The notes beneath the pieces were generated by a model. That model saw only the letters and a list, made by a program, of their open reading frames with translations, did no database searches and was not told the origin of the DNA. From Octopus sinensis (taxonomy: Eukaryota), in assembly GCF_006345805.1 (NCBI RefSeq), contig NC_043008.1:18104001-18168000 (forward strand): 64,000 nt of DNA. Reading direction: 5' to 3'. A program made the position numbers and the translations under genes. Shown in pieces: positions 1 to 11,979 of the stretch; position 1 is the stretch's first letter, and each line of letters begins with the position of its first letter.

Positions 1-351
1 ATACGCTTTTATGTGTGTGTGTGCGTGTGATTGTGTGTCTCTGTCTCTGTGCATGAGTGAACGCTTTGCTTTCATGTTTGTATATGAATTCAAATTTTTT
101 TCTTCTATTCTCTTTCAACGTTTATACTTCAATTTTGAATTGTGTGTCCTCGATAATAGTAATGCTTTTAAATGGTAAGTTTAGAGTTATGCTGTTTCGA
201 ACAGAAAGTTCGAATTTATTCTTATATTTTTACTTTTCTCTCTCTAACCAAGTCTTCAAAATTTCACCCCTCACAAACATACGCACGCACGTACACAAGC
301 TTACCCACACATGCACACACATTCATAAATTCTAGAGAATGCTAGGCCCTC

Positions 352-352
<1 letters not shown>

Positions 353-436
<84 letters not shown>
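353..436. repeat. (TA)n microsatellite
   Basis: Near-perfect TA dinucleotide run. Confidence 0.95.
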
Positions 437-438
<2 letters not shown>

Positions 439-1140
439 CTCATGATTTTTGTTATTTTAGTCATGGGAACGTGCTCATGCAAGGACACTGCTTTAAAGAT
501 TTAACCGGGAAAATCCACACCCCTACGTATTATAATATAGTAGTTACTCCCTCGTATTTTTATTTTGCTATATTGTTTGGTTCTGGAAACGTAAACTATC
601 CAACAACGGTTATTATGTGGAGTTGATGAACCAAATGTTGGGCACATATACAAATATATATATATATAGATGAACATATCCCACAGAATTTCCTCCTTAT
701 AGATTTAAATCAAAAGGGAATGGAAAACCACGTGCTTTACTAAATGTCTCCTACCCATTGAAGTTCCCTAACCAAGTGCGTAGAATCTAGAGTTGTTGTA
801 TCCAACTATTCGAGGTGCAAAAACATTTCAGTAAGTTTATTTATACATTGGCCCTGCTAGACATAGCAGCTAAATCGATCAACGAGCTCTCCTCTTAAAA
901 TGGAATAACACGATGGAGTATGAAATTATTAGACACGCTATATCCTATTTCTAGTCGAAATTGCCGGACCAAGAAACCAGTTATCATAGGTTTTTTATTT
1001 TTTTATCAGGACTAGTTTTTCTCGAATATCAGCTTCACCAATAAGTCAATTAACCAAAACAAATTTCCTTACCAGAACACAGATCATGTACAGGTGACTC
1101 AGACATCATTCTAACACATAGCTGAAAGGGTCAGATATAT

Positions 1141-1550
1141 ATTTCTTTACTGCCCACAAGGGGCTAAACATAGAGGGGACAAACAAGGACACACAAAGGG
1201 ATTAAGTCTATTACATCGACCTCAGTGCAAAACTGGTACTTTATTTATCGACCCTGAAAGGATGAAAGACAAAGTCGTCCTCGGCGGAATTTGAACTCAG
1301 AACGTAATGACAGACGAAATACCTATTTCTTTATTATCCACAAGGGGCTAAACATAGAGGGGACAAACAAGGACAGACATAGGTATTAAGTCGATTATAT
1401 CGACCCCAGTGCGTAACTGGTACTTCATTGACCCCGAAAGGATGAAAGGCAAAGTGGACCTCGGCGGAATTTGAACCCAGAACGTAGCGACAGACGAAAT
1501 ACTGCTGAGCATTTCGCCCGTTGGGCTAATGTTTCTGCCAGCTCGCCGCC
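1141..1550 (-). mobile_element. SINE-A (tRNA-derived), head plus two tandem ~184-bp body units
   Basis: Reverse complement of GGCGGCGAGCTGGCAGAA (A-box) ... GTTCAAATTCC (B-box) ... CTTGTGGG..AATAAAGAAATA. The unit junction reads GAAATA|GGTATTTC on the minus strand at ~1325. Imperfect flanking duplication TGAAAG(C)GGTCAGATATA. Confidence 0.9.
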
Positions 1551-2376
1551 TTTGAAAGCGGTCAGATATAATAACACTGAACATCATGATACTTTCAGAA
1601 TACTGTGTCTAGTACCTTGTGTGTTTTCATTGAACTCAAATAATCTTTAACGTTATACTGTTTTCTTTGCCTTAACAGCATGTACGATTATTTGGTTAGT
1701 TTTCAACTGAGTGTGAAGTTGCTTTCTTTTATTGATAATCTTGGTAGAATTACCTCTAATCTTTTTCCAGTACTATCTAAAAATAGTACTATTAAAATCT
1801 GCGGATAAATGAAATATGTACCGTCTTATGATAAATTATTAATGCAATACCGAAAGAAATATCATTTTTTAAACTATTACTGACGACGAATTGCAGACTA
1901 CAACTAACAGAATTTAATAATATCAAACATTATGACGTCATGAATATTAACGATGGGTTTTGTTTTCGAAATAGATTAGATTCCATTCTTTCATGCGAAT
2001 AATATTTAACATCGTGTCAAAATCTCAAAAATGAGCTATGAATATTGATTATTTCCAGAGAAAGAAAGAAAAAAATAAGATTTAGTTGCAGAGAATATTT
2101 CGAAACAAAAATAAAATATAATAAAATAAAAGAGAATAAGTTTAATTCCACTAAAGAAATAATTAATTGACCATTATAATTACTATCACGTTTTTTGCAA
2201 AATGTTCCACAGGTCATTGGTATTGTTGTAGAATAGGCTGAGAAAGATAATCTGCCCAATGCTATGCACACTATTAAATGACGGTAAACGGTTCAATTTA
2301 TAGTAGCACTTGTTAAGCATAAGCCCTTATACCTTACTTGGAGCATAAATTTTATTTACTTACATATATATATATA

Positions 2377-2935
2377 CGAGCAAAACGCCCCACCCTCGTC
2401 CAATGGTCGGTGCTGAGATGTCAAACATTTAAAACAAATTTTCTCAAAACAACTTGTCCCACCGTCTCATAGGCTTCTCCTTTGAGATACACTGATTTAT
2501 CTTAAATTTGAGACACTAGCAAAAGAAGAAATAAAGATGGACCTTTTTCTATTCCAAAGAAAAACGATTTTATTCACACAAATATGCAATCGAAGAGTTT
2601 AAAGTACCAGTAATGATAAGGCTGTTGACTGGGAGGACACAAACATGGTTTAAACAGTAAGCTTGGCAGGAAAGAAACGTGCCTTTAAGCAGTACAAAAA
2701 CAACGAAAAAATGGAAGGTGCAGTTATGTACAGGTTGATGGAAGAAAAGCAGGACAAAAACGGCTTTATCGATCGCATTCTCACCTGGAATCGATTTTTG
2801 TAATTTTTTCAAGACTTACATACGCCCTGATACCGTCGATATCTACATATCAAATTTGAGCGCAATCGGATGGAGGATGCCCGAGATCCTAGACGACACA
2901 CACGCACACAGACAGACAGAACGAATTTTGTATAA
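2377..2935 (-). mobile_element. Non-autonomous Helitron/HINE-like element
   Basis: Minus strand begins TATAC/AAAATTCGTTCTGTCTGTCTGTG...CCGATTGCGCTCAAATTTG (DINE-1/HINE-like 5' block) and ends in a GC-rich segment followed by CTCG|T (CTAG-like terminus). Confidence 0.5.
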
Positions 2936-3104
2936 TATATATATATACTTATATATTATGTATGTATGTATGTATGTATATGTATGTATGTACTTAATTT
3001 TATGAACCTCTGTCAAGTTATGTTTTAATGCACAAGTTAAGATTTTATATATTACAAGAAACTATTACCATTCCTCATAGATATACATTTATATCCTTTG
3101 TTGA

Positions 3105-3160
<56 letters not shown>

Positions 3161-3454
3161 CACCTATCAGCTGCTCACAATTTGTGAAATAATACTTTGG
3201 TTATTTCCGCTTAATCTCATACAGTTACACGTACGTACGCATGCGCACTCACACACACACACTCAGTGTCATATTTTTCATTTACTTATAAAGTCGAGGG
3301 AAGAGGGGTGTATGGCGAGTGAGGAAAGCGGATTGACGTTTGTCAGTCTGCAAAACGGATTTTATTTATATAGATTATTCAACTTATGTAGGAGGTGATC
3401 AAAGAGAATCGCTAGTAAACCACAAAAAATACATAGCGACCTTTCATCAGTCTT

Positions 3455-4025
3455 TCTGTTCTGAGCTGAAATTCCGCCGAGCTTGACTTTGCGTTTCATC
3501 CTGTAGGGAATGTAAAATAAGTACAATTTGAGCACTGGGGTCGATTTAAAATGACTTAGGATCTTTTCGGTTTGAACGGCAGTTTTTAACATAATTTCTA
3601 TGTAGCTGAGAAATTTAAAACTTCGTATACTGGTAGTATGTGTTTATAAAACATCTTTTTCTCTTGGCTTTATTGAGAAAATTCTATAGTTTCTAAGTAT
3701 AGTTTGTTGTTGTTTTTTCTTCAGTTTCGGCAATTTCAACCAACCACTGACGTCCATTGAGGCAAACAACATTCTGTGCCGTATGAATATGTCCCCCGTT
3801 TAAGAAACAGATTGGGTTTATTTACATTTGTGAAGAAAAAATATATCCTTCCCCCCACCCTAACCCTAACTAATTCTAACCCTAAAATAGATTGAAATGC
3901 AATATATCGAAACTAGGGTCATAATTATGGGTGATAATTTCATGTGACACCGCTAGAAAAAATTGCCGTTTGAAAAAATTGTCCATTGAAATTATGGGCA
4001 ATGTGTCAAAATGTTAAACCATTGT
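3455..4025 (+). mobile_element. Degenerate SINE-A (alternative tail) split by a MITE
   Basis: Core GTTCTGAGCTGAAATTCCGCCGAG...CACTGGGGTCGAT at 3455-3560; the tail-like sequence GAAATTATGGGCAATGTGTCAAAATGTTAAACC resumes after the MITE. Confidence 0.6.
3568..3977. mobile_element. MITE-like non-autonomous DNA transposon
   Basis: Imperfect terminal inverted repeats CGGTTTGAACGGCAGTTTTT / AAAAATTGCCGTTTGA; internal CCCTAA-like repeats at 3858-3885. Confidence 0.6.
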
Positions 4026-4253
4026 CTAACTTATATTGCTATATAAGTTACACTGAGTTGTCTGCCAATACACCTGCGTTGTTTTATTCACTTGTTACAA
4101 AGAATTGTAGACAAGAGCGAGCAAACATTAAACGGTTATGTTTGAAACAATGAAATTAATTACAAAACAATGCGTTGGTTTACAAACTACTAAATGTTAA
4201 TAATGTATTCTGGTGAAAAATCATTTCTGTTAAAGAAAAATAATTGATAATTA

Positions 4254-4278
4254 GGCGTTGCTGTGTGGTAAGTAGCTT
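4254..4278 (+). mobile_element. SINE-B 5' fragment (A-box region), left of the Tx1 insertion
   Basis: GGCGTTGCTGTGTGGTAAGTAGCTT matches the start of the intact copy at 17864 (GCAGGAGTGGCTGTGTGGTAAGTAGCTTG). Confidence 0.8.
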
Positions 4279-4675
4279 TGCTAACCTCACTGACAGAAGA
4301 GTGACTTTGCCTACCGTACTACGGTTTGGACGCGTTTTCTTCCCGGTAAGAGTTTTGCTGTGTTGTTAATTGTTGAATTCCTACTACTGAAAATTTGCCT
4401 TTAAACGTTGCTGAACTGTCTTGTTCTCCGGTTTTACCGGGAAATAATTGAATAATTTCTTACCGTTGAACTGTTAGCCACTGTGGCTTTTTATTTACGT
4501 GACTATACATAGTCCTGCCAGACTATTTTCGTGCCCCTCCCCTGAATGGGGGTGGGAATTGGAATTTTTGAACTGCTTTTTTGAATTACTTTGGAAGAAA
4601 AACTTTCTATAGGTTTCCCAGTTTTGTGGGAAACCAATACTCGTAATTTTTGTGTTGTCTAATTTCAACAGAATA

Positions 4676-6077
4676 ATGTCTGTTAAAATTATTGACGAAA
4701 GTAGTGCTCTTGAGGAGAGCAATGTTAAAAAATTTTCTGAGGTAGCCGCAGTGGCTACCGAGAAAATTGACATCGATGTCAACCAGCTCGTCGAGCTATT
4801 TAAAAAAGTGCAAGAGGAGGGTGGTGATGTTAAATTATCACCCTCCGCCAGTATCGTGGAGACCGAGAAGCGGACCGTAGTGTTTAAAACTTTCTGTCCA
4901 CAAAGCAGAAGGTTCAAACACTTTGAAAAAAGTACCATCGAGAAATGCCTGTCCCCGATTTGGAAGGACATCGTGTACGTCGCCAGGGGACGGGCATATG
5001 GTACTGTGGATGTCCGCTTCTCGGGGGAATAAATGGCCCGCGGGCATTCTGTAAACCCCCTAAAAACCAAGGAGGTGGTACTTTTTCCAAGCTATAGGGG
5101 ACGCAGGACGTCCCGGGTCAGGATTGTAGAAGTCCCGCCGGAGTAGATCCGGTAGAGGTAGTGGCCGCCCTATTATATAAAAGGGCGGACAAAATAAAAA
5201 TACTAGAAGTAACATGCTCTACCCCTCGATTTTGGCTCGGGCGTAACATTAATATACTAATTCAAGGAACAGCGGAGGACCTACAGCTCCTTCCTGAGAG
5301 GGTGCTCGTGGGCGAGAACGTAGCCCTCAGGGTACAGGTCGAAGGCCGAAAACCCACCTGTTACGCCTGCGGCAAAAAGGGCCACATTCGTGTAGACTGT
5401 CCAGACAAGCAAAAGAAACCGCAGACACCAGGCCCCTCAGATAATAAAAAAGTCCCTACCCTTGCAAACACACCTACCCCTACAAAAACAAAAAATCCCA
5501 CTCCTGCTGTTACGGTGCCAACCCCAAAACAGACTGAAGAAAAAACCCAGCCCTCGCACTCACAAACCCCTACACTATTAAAACCTCCCACCCCCCTAAA
5601 AACTGCGGCGCCTACCGAACAAACTATTGCTACCCCAGACGATACCATGGAGGTATCAGAGGGGGGATTTACACCAGTTCGTAAAAGAATTCGTGCAGCA
5701 TCCCCGTCCACATCCCCTACAAAAAATAATAAAAACAAAGACACACCACAGACACGGAAAAAAAATCCCGCTCAACTGGCCCAGAAAAAGAAGACAAAAA
5801 AGAAAATGAACTCATATTAATTGAATTCGACACACAAGACAAATACATAAACGATATTGTGGTTCAGCATCAGTCAGCAAGACTGTACAACAAATACAAA
5901 GATCGAAATAGACACGCGTGGATTGCGGAAACAACGTTCAAACAATTAAAAGACAGACACCCAAACGCCATCCGGCATGTCGCGAACTTGCCGGACTATC
6001 TGAAGAGAGAGGAGAAAGAAGGGGCCCACAAACGTGTGGTGAGGTCGGCCCCCACCTCTCCAACGAAATGTAAGTAG
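4676..6077 (+). pseudogene. Tx1 ORF1 (gag-like nucleic-acid chaperone), disrupted
   Basis: Starts MSVKIIDESS; premature TAA at 5030, frameshift near 5145 and a probable frameshift in the A-run near 5760. Zinc knuckle CYACGKKGHIRVDC followed by a Pro/Thr-rich linker. Confidence 0.85.
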
Positions 6078-6094
6078 AACTTTTACTTTTTGTA

Positions 6095-9000
6095 ATGGCT
6101 TCGCTTAACCTTGGTTGTTTAAATGTGCGTGGTCTGAGTTCGAAGTGGAAGCAGGCTTGTTTCCTCGACGACCTCAGATCACATGATATACATGTGATGG
6201 TTGCTACAGAGACCAAGCTGGACAGCCCACAAACCTTCTCGCCTCTCCTGAATGGCTACGAGAAAATCATGTCTCCTGGCCAGACCGGAGGGCGAGGGGG
6301 CGTAGTGGTACTGATCCGTAAAGACTTGGCTCTACAGACAAGTACAGTCTATGTAGACCCAGAAGTGGGCTGGTCGTCCTTGATATGACATACAGCAGTA
6401 AGGCCTTCAGGTTGATCGGACTCTATGCACCTTGTGCTAGAGGTTTCCAACCTGATTTTTATCGGCGCCTAGAGGGCTTTCTCGTGACGTCGAAGACTTT
6501 AGTGATATTAGGGGACTTTAATGCTATCGTTGACGTACACATCGATAACGTTGGCTCGATCTATAGGAAAGTGAACTCACGTCTCGTGGATCTGCTTAAG
6601 CGGTTTCAGCTAGCAGATCGTTACAGACTTGACCATCCGAACGTCCCAGAGTGGACCTGGATGAGTGGCGACGGAAGGTTCAAGTCTTATCTAGACAGGA
6701 TAGTGATAAGAACTAGAGATAAGTCTAGTTTTAGTTGTCCACAGCTCGTCCAGGTGCCCTATGCTGACCATAGAATGGTCACGTGTAGACTGGACATAGA
6801 TAGCACACTTAAGATAGGAACCGGCTACTGGAAGCTGAACAAGTCTATTTTGACACGCGAGGCATACCGTAGCCGGATTAAGGTGTTAGTGCAGAGGGCG
6901 TTAACCGGAGCCGTGGTTAATAACCGGTGGTGGTTCACCCTCAAAAGAGCCATTCGATTCGAGTCCATTAGATTTAGTAAACAACTAAGACTAGATAGGG
7001 CTAGAATAGAAGGGCAACTAGTTAAAACTTAGAGGAGGCGTTGAGGTTGGGCTCTGCATCTCACATTTTAGCGGCGAGAACGGCATTAGACCGTCACCTC
7101 AAAACCAAACATGAGGGATGTAGAGTCCAGGCTAAAGTACGAGCATTGGCCGTGAGGGAATTAATGTTGCCGGATGGGCCCGTACGATAGAAACACAGCG
7201 TGGAAACGATGCCACAATTGGGTCTCTTGTTGATGAAAACGGATGCACGATCAAGAAGCGGGACGAGATGTGTGAGGCACTTCACAAGCACTTCGCCGAG
7301 TTGTTCGGGAGGTGCGGGACGCTGGATCATGGTGAGGCCCTTAGGGACTTCCTGTCTGGTGGCCCGCGCCTCTCGACACGAGAAGCTGAGTGCTGTGAAG
7401 AGCCAATCACAGCCGAGGAAGTAATCGAGGTGTTGGGCAAGTGCCCCGGGGAGAAGTCGCCGGGTCTCGATGGTCTGCCCTATGAATTTTATAGAAGTAT
7501 GCTAGACTTGTTCGGGCACCTGCTGGCTAGCGTCTACGCCAACTGGCAGCAGAATGGGAGAATTCCCAAGTCTGCGAGCCGGGGGGCGGTGACGTTGATC
7601 AGGAAGGACCCGAACAAGGGGGACGAGATAGGGAACTTCAGGCCCATAACTCTGTTAAACACAGAGTTAAAGATTCTGGCCAAGGTGCTAGCAAAAAGGT
7701 TGGCGCGGGTCGTGGACAAACTTGTCGGGGAAGCGCAAACGTGCGCTATCCCCGGCAGAACGATCCACGACAATCTCCACCTTATACGCTACTCCTTAGA
7801 GAGGGTGGGGAAGCTTTCTGGCGCAGGGGGAGCACTGGTACATTTAGACCAGTCCAAAGCATTTGATAGGGTCGACCATCGGTACCTGGCGGCGGTCCTC
7901 GGAGAGGTTGGCCTAGGCCCGACCTTTCGAGGTTGGATCGCTGCTTTGTATAGCGACATCGAGTCTGTAGTCAAAGTGAACGGTTCCTTTTCGAGCGTTC
8001 AGTTCGTCAAGGGTGTCCCCTGTCCTCGCTCCTATACGTATTGGCTCTTGAGCCTTTGCTGCGGAAGTTGGAGGCACTAGGGGGCGCGCCGCATGATCTA
8101 TGGTGTGGAAGAGGAGCTACGGCGTATGCGGATGACACCTCCATCATCGTGGCAGACGAAGGCCAGCTTCCAGTGGTGGAAGAGGCCATCAAAAGCTACG
8201 AGGCGGTGGCAGGAGCAAAGGTTAACAAGGACAAGTCGGTCGGTTTGCAACTCGGCACCTGGAGGGGCAAGCCGATGCCGTCCAATAACGTCGTAGGGCG
8301 TTGGACGGAAGGTCCTGTTAAGCTGCTCGGAGTCTGGTTCGGGCCAGACCTCCAGATTGAGAAAAATTGGAGTGAGGTGGCCAACAAGGTGACCGCTCTA
8401 ACCCAGACCTGGTCTGGGCGGGCGTTATCCCTGCTAGGGAAGGCGGAGGTGGTGCAGATGTTTATAGCATCAGTAATCACCTACCGTCTGACCGTGGTGC
8501 CTTGCCCCGATTTGTGGCTGAACAAGTTGGAGAGAATCCTTTTCCGATTTTTGTGGAGCGCTCTGTCTGCTGCCAGAAACCGCTAAAGGGTGGGCTAGGG
8601 ATGCCTTGGCTGAGGATGCGAAAACTCGCGTTAAGGTTGAGGCACCTCTGGCTTTACCTGGATGGAGAACAGGTGTGGTCACCGCACGTCCGGTTCTACC
8701 TTCCCCAGTTAACATCCCTAACGGACATCGGTGCATGGATCAAGCGGAGACCTAAACTGAGTGAATGGCATTTGGAGTGCCGTCAGGCGCTCCAGCTACT
8801 ATCTCGGGTGGGCAACGCCGGCAACAGGAGTTCCACCACGGATTTCTATAGCGGGTTAGTGGAGATAAAGTCCGAAGACGCCTTGGGGGAGACCCTGGGC
8901 TACGATGAAAATCAGTTGGTCAACCTGTTTCGGAGGACGTTCGGGCCGGGGTATCTGGATAATTACCAGAAATCCCTGGCCTGGCAGTGTTTCCGTGCGG

Positions 9001-9455
9001 CTTTACCTGTTCGCGACAAGCTGTCAAGGCACGGTAGTGCCGTCTCGCCGACATGCCCGCGATGTGAGCAGGATAGGGAGACCGTCTTGCACGCATTCGT
9101 GGAGTGTCCGGAGTTATCAGGACTGATAGCTTTTGTTGAACAACTGTTGTCAGTGATTGGAAGAGTAAAGCTATCAGCTGAGTCTATCATCGAGACTGTG
9201 CCGCCCCCTTTCCTTAACAGGGAAAGAAAGGCTTGTTTTTTCTGTGTGGTAGCCATACTGAAAGAAACAGTATGGAAGACGCGTACGAAAGGTATAGTGA
9301 CAGGCACCTTTGTCTCCGGCCAGGGGTTGATTAACTTTTTTAGTTACCACCTCAGTAGCAAAATCAGGCTGGAGAAGAGGTGTCTATCACGAGATATGTT
9401 TGCGAAAAGATGGAAGCCTGTGGCATACAAGATGGGTATGTTTGGCACCAGGTAA
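6095..9455 (+). pseudogene. Tx1 ORF2 (APE endonuclease + reverse transcriptase + zinc-binding domain), frameshifted
   Basis: APE motifs LNVRGL, ETK, LGDFN, YLDR, DH; Tx1-typical GYWKLN; RT motifs KSPGLDGLPYEFY, NFRPITLLNTELKILAK, LDQSKAFDRV, QGCPLSP (split by a deletion near 8000), AYADD; C-terminal CPRC...ETVLHAFVEC. At least five frameshifts. Confidence 0.93.
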
Positions 9456-9683
9456 GTGTGACCGGATCAGAAAGTAAAGGTTCTACCCGGATGGCTGGGT
9501 GTCCGTCCTTCGACATGATCATTAATATTTTTAAACATTGCCTTCGTAAAATTCATTGTTTATAATCTTATCCGTAATTTCATTCGAAAATTGTAACTGT
9601 GTTAAGCTACTTCACCCTTTATATTTGTCTGTCCTTGTTTGTCCCCTCTTTGTAAATGCCTAAATGGCAAATTATATGAAATA

Positions 9684-10062
9684 AAGTAGCTTGCTTACCA
9701 ACCAAATGGTTTCCAGGTTCATTCCCATTGTGTGGCAGCTTGGGAAAGTGTCTTCTACTATAGCCTCGAGCCGACCAAAGCCTTGTGAGTGGATTTAGTA
9801 AATGGAAACTAAAAGAAGCCCGTCGTATATATGTATATGTGTATGTGTGTGTGTTTGTGTATCTGTGTTTGTCCCCCCAACATCGTCTGACAAAATGATG
9901 CTGGTTTATTTGCGTCCTGTAACTTAGCAGTTAAGCAAAAAGCCCGATAGAATAAGTACTAGGCTTACAAAGAATAAGTCATGGGGGTCGATTTGCTCGA
10001 CTAAAGGTGGTTCTCCAGCATGGGCGCAGTCAAATGAATGAAAGAAGTAAAAAAGAGAGAGT

Positions 10063-10075
<13 letters not shown>
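9684..10075 (+). mobile_element. SINE-B remainder, right of the Tx1 insertion
   Basis: AAGTAGCTTGCTTACCAACC...GGTTCATTCCC (B-box)...AAAGAAGCCCGTCG-(TA/TG)n-...GGTTCTCCAGCATGGGCGCAGTCAAATG; colinear with 17864-18285. Confidence 0.9.
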
Positions 10076-10102
<27 letters not shown>

Positions 10103-10314
10103 AGCAAAAATAATTAAGACTATCCAACATCACACCATCACACCTATGTATTATTTTTACTTGATTATCCGTAATCTTTTTGTCCAGCAAATACGAGATA
10201 ATTTCTATATTAAAACCTTCGCTCAAATTGTGGGTTATATGCATTACTGTACTTATGTTCGTCATTAGAAGACAGGAAGGCTAAGGTAATTCTTGAATGG
10301 ATTAGCCAAACAAG

Positions 10315-10500
10315 TTGGCACAGGGGTGGCTAATAAGTCTGCTGCCCAGCCACAGGGTCAGGCTCGGTCCCACTGCGTGGGACCTTCAAGAAGTGCGTGG
10401 AACCTTGGGAAAGTGCATCTACTATAGCCCCAGACCGACTGAACCCAGCCCTGTGAGTGGATTTAGAAAACGGAAACTAAAAGAAGCCAGATCTATGCAC
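10315..10500 (+). mobile_element. Degenerate SINE-B 5' half
   Basis: GTCCCACTGCGTGG..ACCTTGGGAAAGTG..CTACTATAGCCCC..GTGAGTGGATTT..GGAAACTAAAAGAAGCC. Confidence 0.75.
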
Positions 10501-10632
10501 ACTCACACACACACACATACACACACTCAGGCACACGTGACAGAATTAATAGATTATTCTAACATATAATGGGTTATATTTTTTACGAAGTGACGATTTT
10601 ATGTTTCAGGTTCTCTATGTGACTGTTGAATC

Positions 10633-10803
10633 ATGCTATGTACAAAAGAAGCCTTGGAACTGTCTGAATTTCAAAGAGGCCGTATTGCGGGTCATTCTGA
10701 AGGTGGACATAGCGTAAAATCGCAGAAAATCTAAGGATCCCGCTTTCTACAGTTAATAGAGTGATTGTGCAATTCATCAGAGAGGAGAAGGAGGCCACAT
10801 GAC
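10633..10803 (+). pseudogene. Tc1/mariner transposase N-terminal HTH fragment
   Basis: ELSEFQRGRIAGHSEGGHS / (frameshift) / KIAENLRIPLSTVNRVIVQF resembles the paired-like HTH of Tc1 transposases. Confidence 0.7.
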
Positions 10804-11416
10804 ATTGCCCGGAGTTCCAACGCTTTCAAAGCTTGAATATATGGGGGGAAAAAACTGGAACTATGCCTAAACCTGTTCAATCAAAGAACAAGTGCAATAA
10901 ACTGTAGATCGAAGCATTTAATCGTAAGCTCTAATGAGTTCAATAATTAAACTAAAGATTAAAAAATTACAATCTGACGTTGCGTGATTCAAACAAGGAG
11001 ACTTGCTGTGAAATATAGTGAAATCGCTGTGAAGGAAAGTATATTTGCTAGTTATGTCCATATGAGAGGTTCCTGCATGCTAACTATAGCAGCATTTCTT
11101 GTTCTACATCCACTTAAGTGAGGATAAATATTTTCATTTAGTACCTGTACTGCTTCTGTCGCTATTATCTTTTAATCAGCCCACAAGCTATTTGCGATAT
11201 TAGTGCCTAAATAGACACCGAGATTCTATATATCACTGACAGGAAATCCGGCTCTTATCGTGCGACTGAATACCTATCACTGAGGAACCCACAGCAGGAT
11301 AAAACCACGCCATCTGGCAATCTCAGCACCCGTAGAAGACGACTTTCGTCTATCATTGTAATAATTTTGAATACTTTTATGCACCACAAGTCCGTGCGAG
11401 GGATTTGCTGAAGGTA

Positions 11417-11979
11417 AATATTGCTTTTATCGCTATTAATCTTTTTTATTAAGCCCACAGGCGTCCTCAAAGTCCATCCTCTCCTCACCGTGGTGGGGAC
11501 GCTGGCAACCGGTAGTGTCAGAGCTATGCCGTCGGGAACTTCGGTTCCTGGCAGGGCCACCCAAGGCGGATTGGTCTGACACCGAGTGGTATTAGGGCCA
11601 CAATCCGGCAGACGGTGCTCTGGTGAAAATCCTTCGAGTGTCTGTTTCGGCAACCGGCGGCTCCTCGGTCGTTCTGCCCCAGCGTCTGCGGACAATCTGC
11701 GGCAAACAGGATGTCTCTACATGCGGGATTGTTGAGGACCGCTTGTGAAATTCATATTCCCACGAAACTACTTCCACCGCCATGGTTCGAGATGCCTCGA
11801 GGGTGGTAGAAGAAGCCGACTCAACCCACCCAGGGTGAATGTCGCCACAAGCACACGTAAGTAAATAATGCAATATTCTGTGTTCTAATGCAACCTCCAC
11901 GTTAAGTTGGGGATAAAGATTACCTTTTCGTTTCAATATTGCTTTTATCGCTATTAATTATTTTTTAATAAGCCCATAG
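11417..11979. other. GC-rich ~470-bp segment bracketed by ~44-bp direct repeats
   Basis: AATATTGCTTTTATCGCTATTAAT..TTTTT..TAAGCCCA(C/T)AG at 11417-11460 and 11935-11979, with a weaker third copy near 11155. Confidence 0.7.

Larger units (their letters stand above)
4279..9683 (+). mobile_element. Full-length Tx1-clade (L1 group) non-LTR retrotransposon, ~5.4 kb, inactivated
   Basis: 5' UTR, ORF1 with CCHC knuckle, ORF2 with endonuclease, RT and C-terminal zinc motif, then 3' UTR; target-site duplication AAGTAGCTT at 4270-4278 and 9684-9692. Confidence 0.92.

Noticed and set aside
3858-3885. Interstitial telomere (CCCTAA)n
   Set aside because: Only three or four degenerate units, internal to a MITE-like element.
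4495-5744. Antisense ORFs over Tx1 ORF1 (4495-5070, 5361-5744) and others over ORF2
   Set aside because: Shadow frames of the GC-richer sense coding sequence with no recognisable domain.
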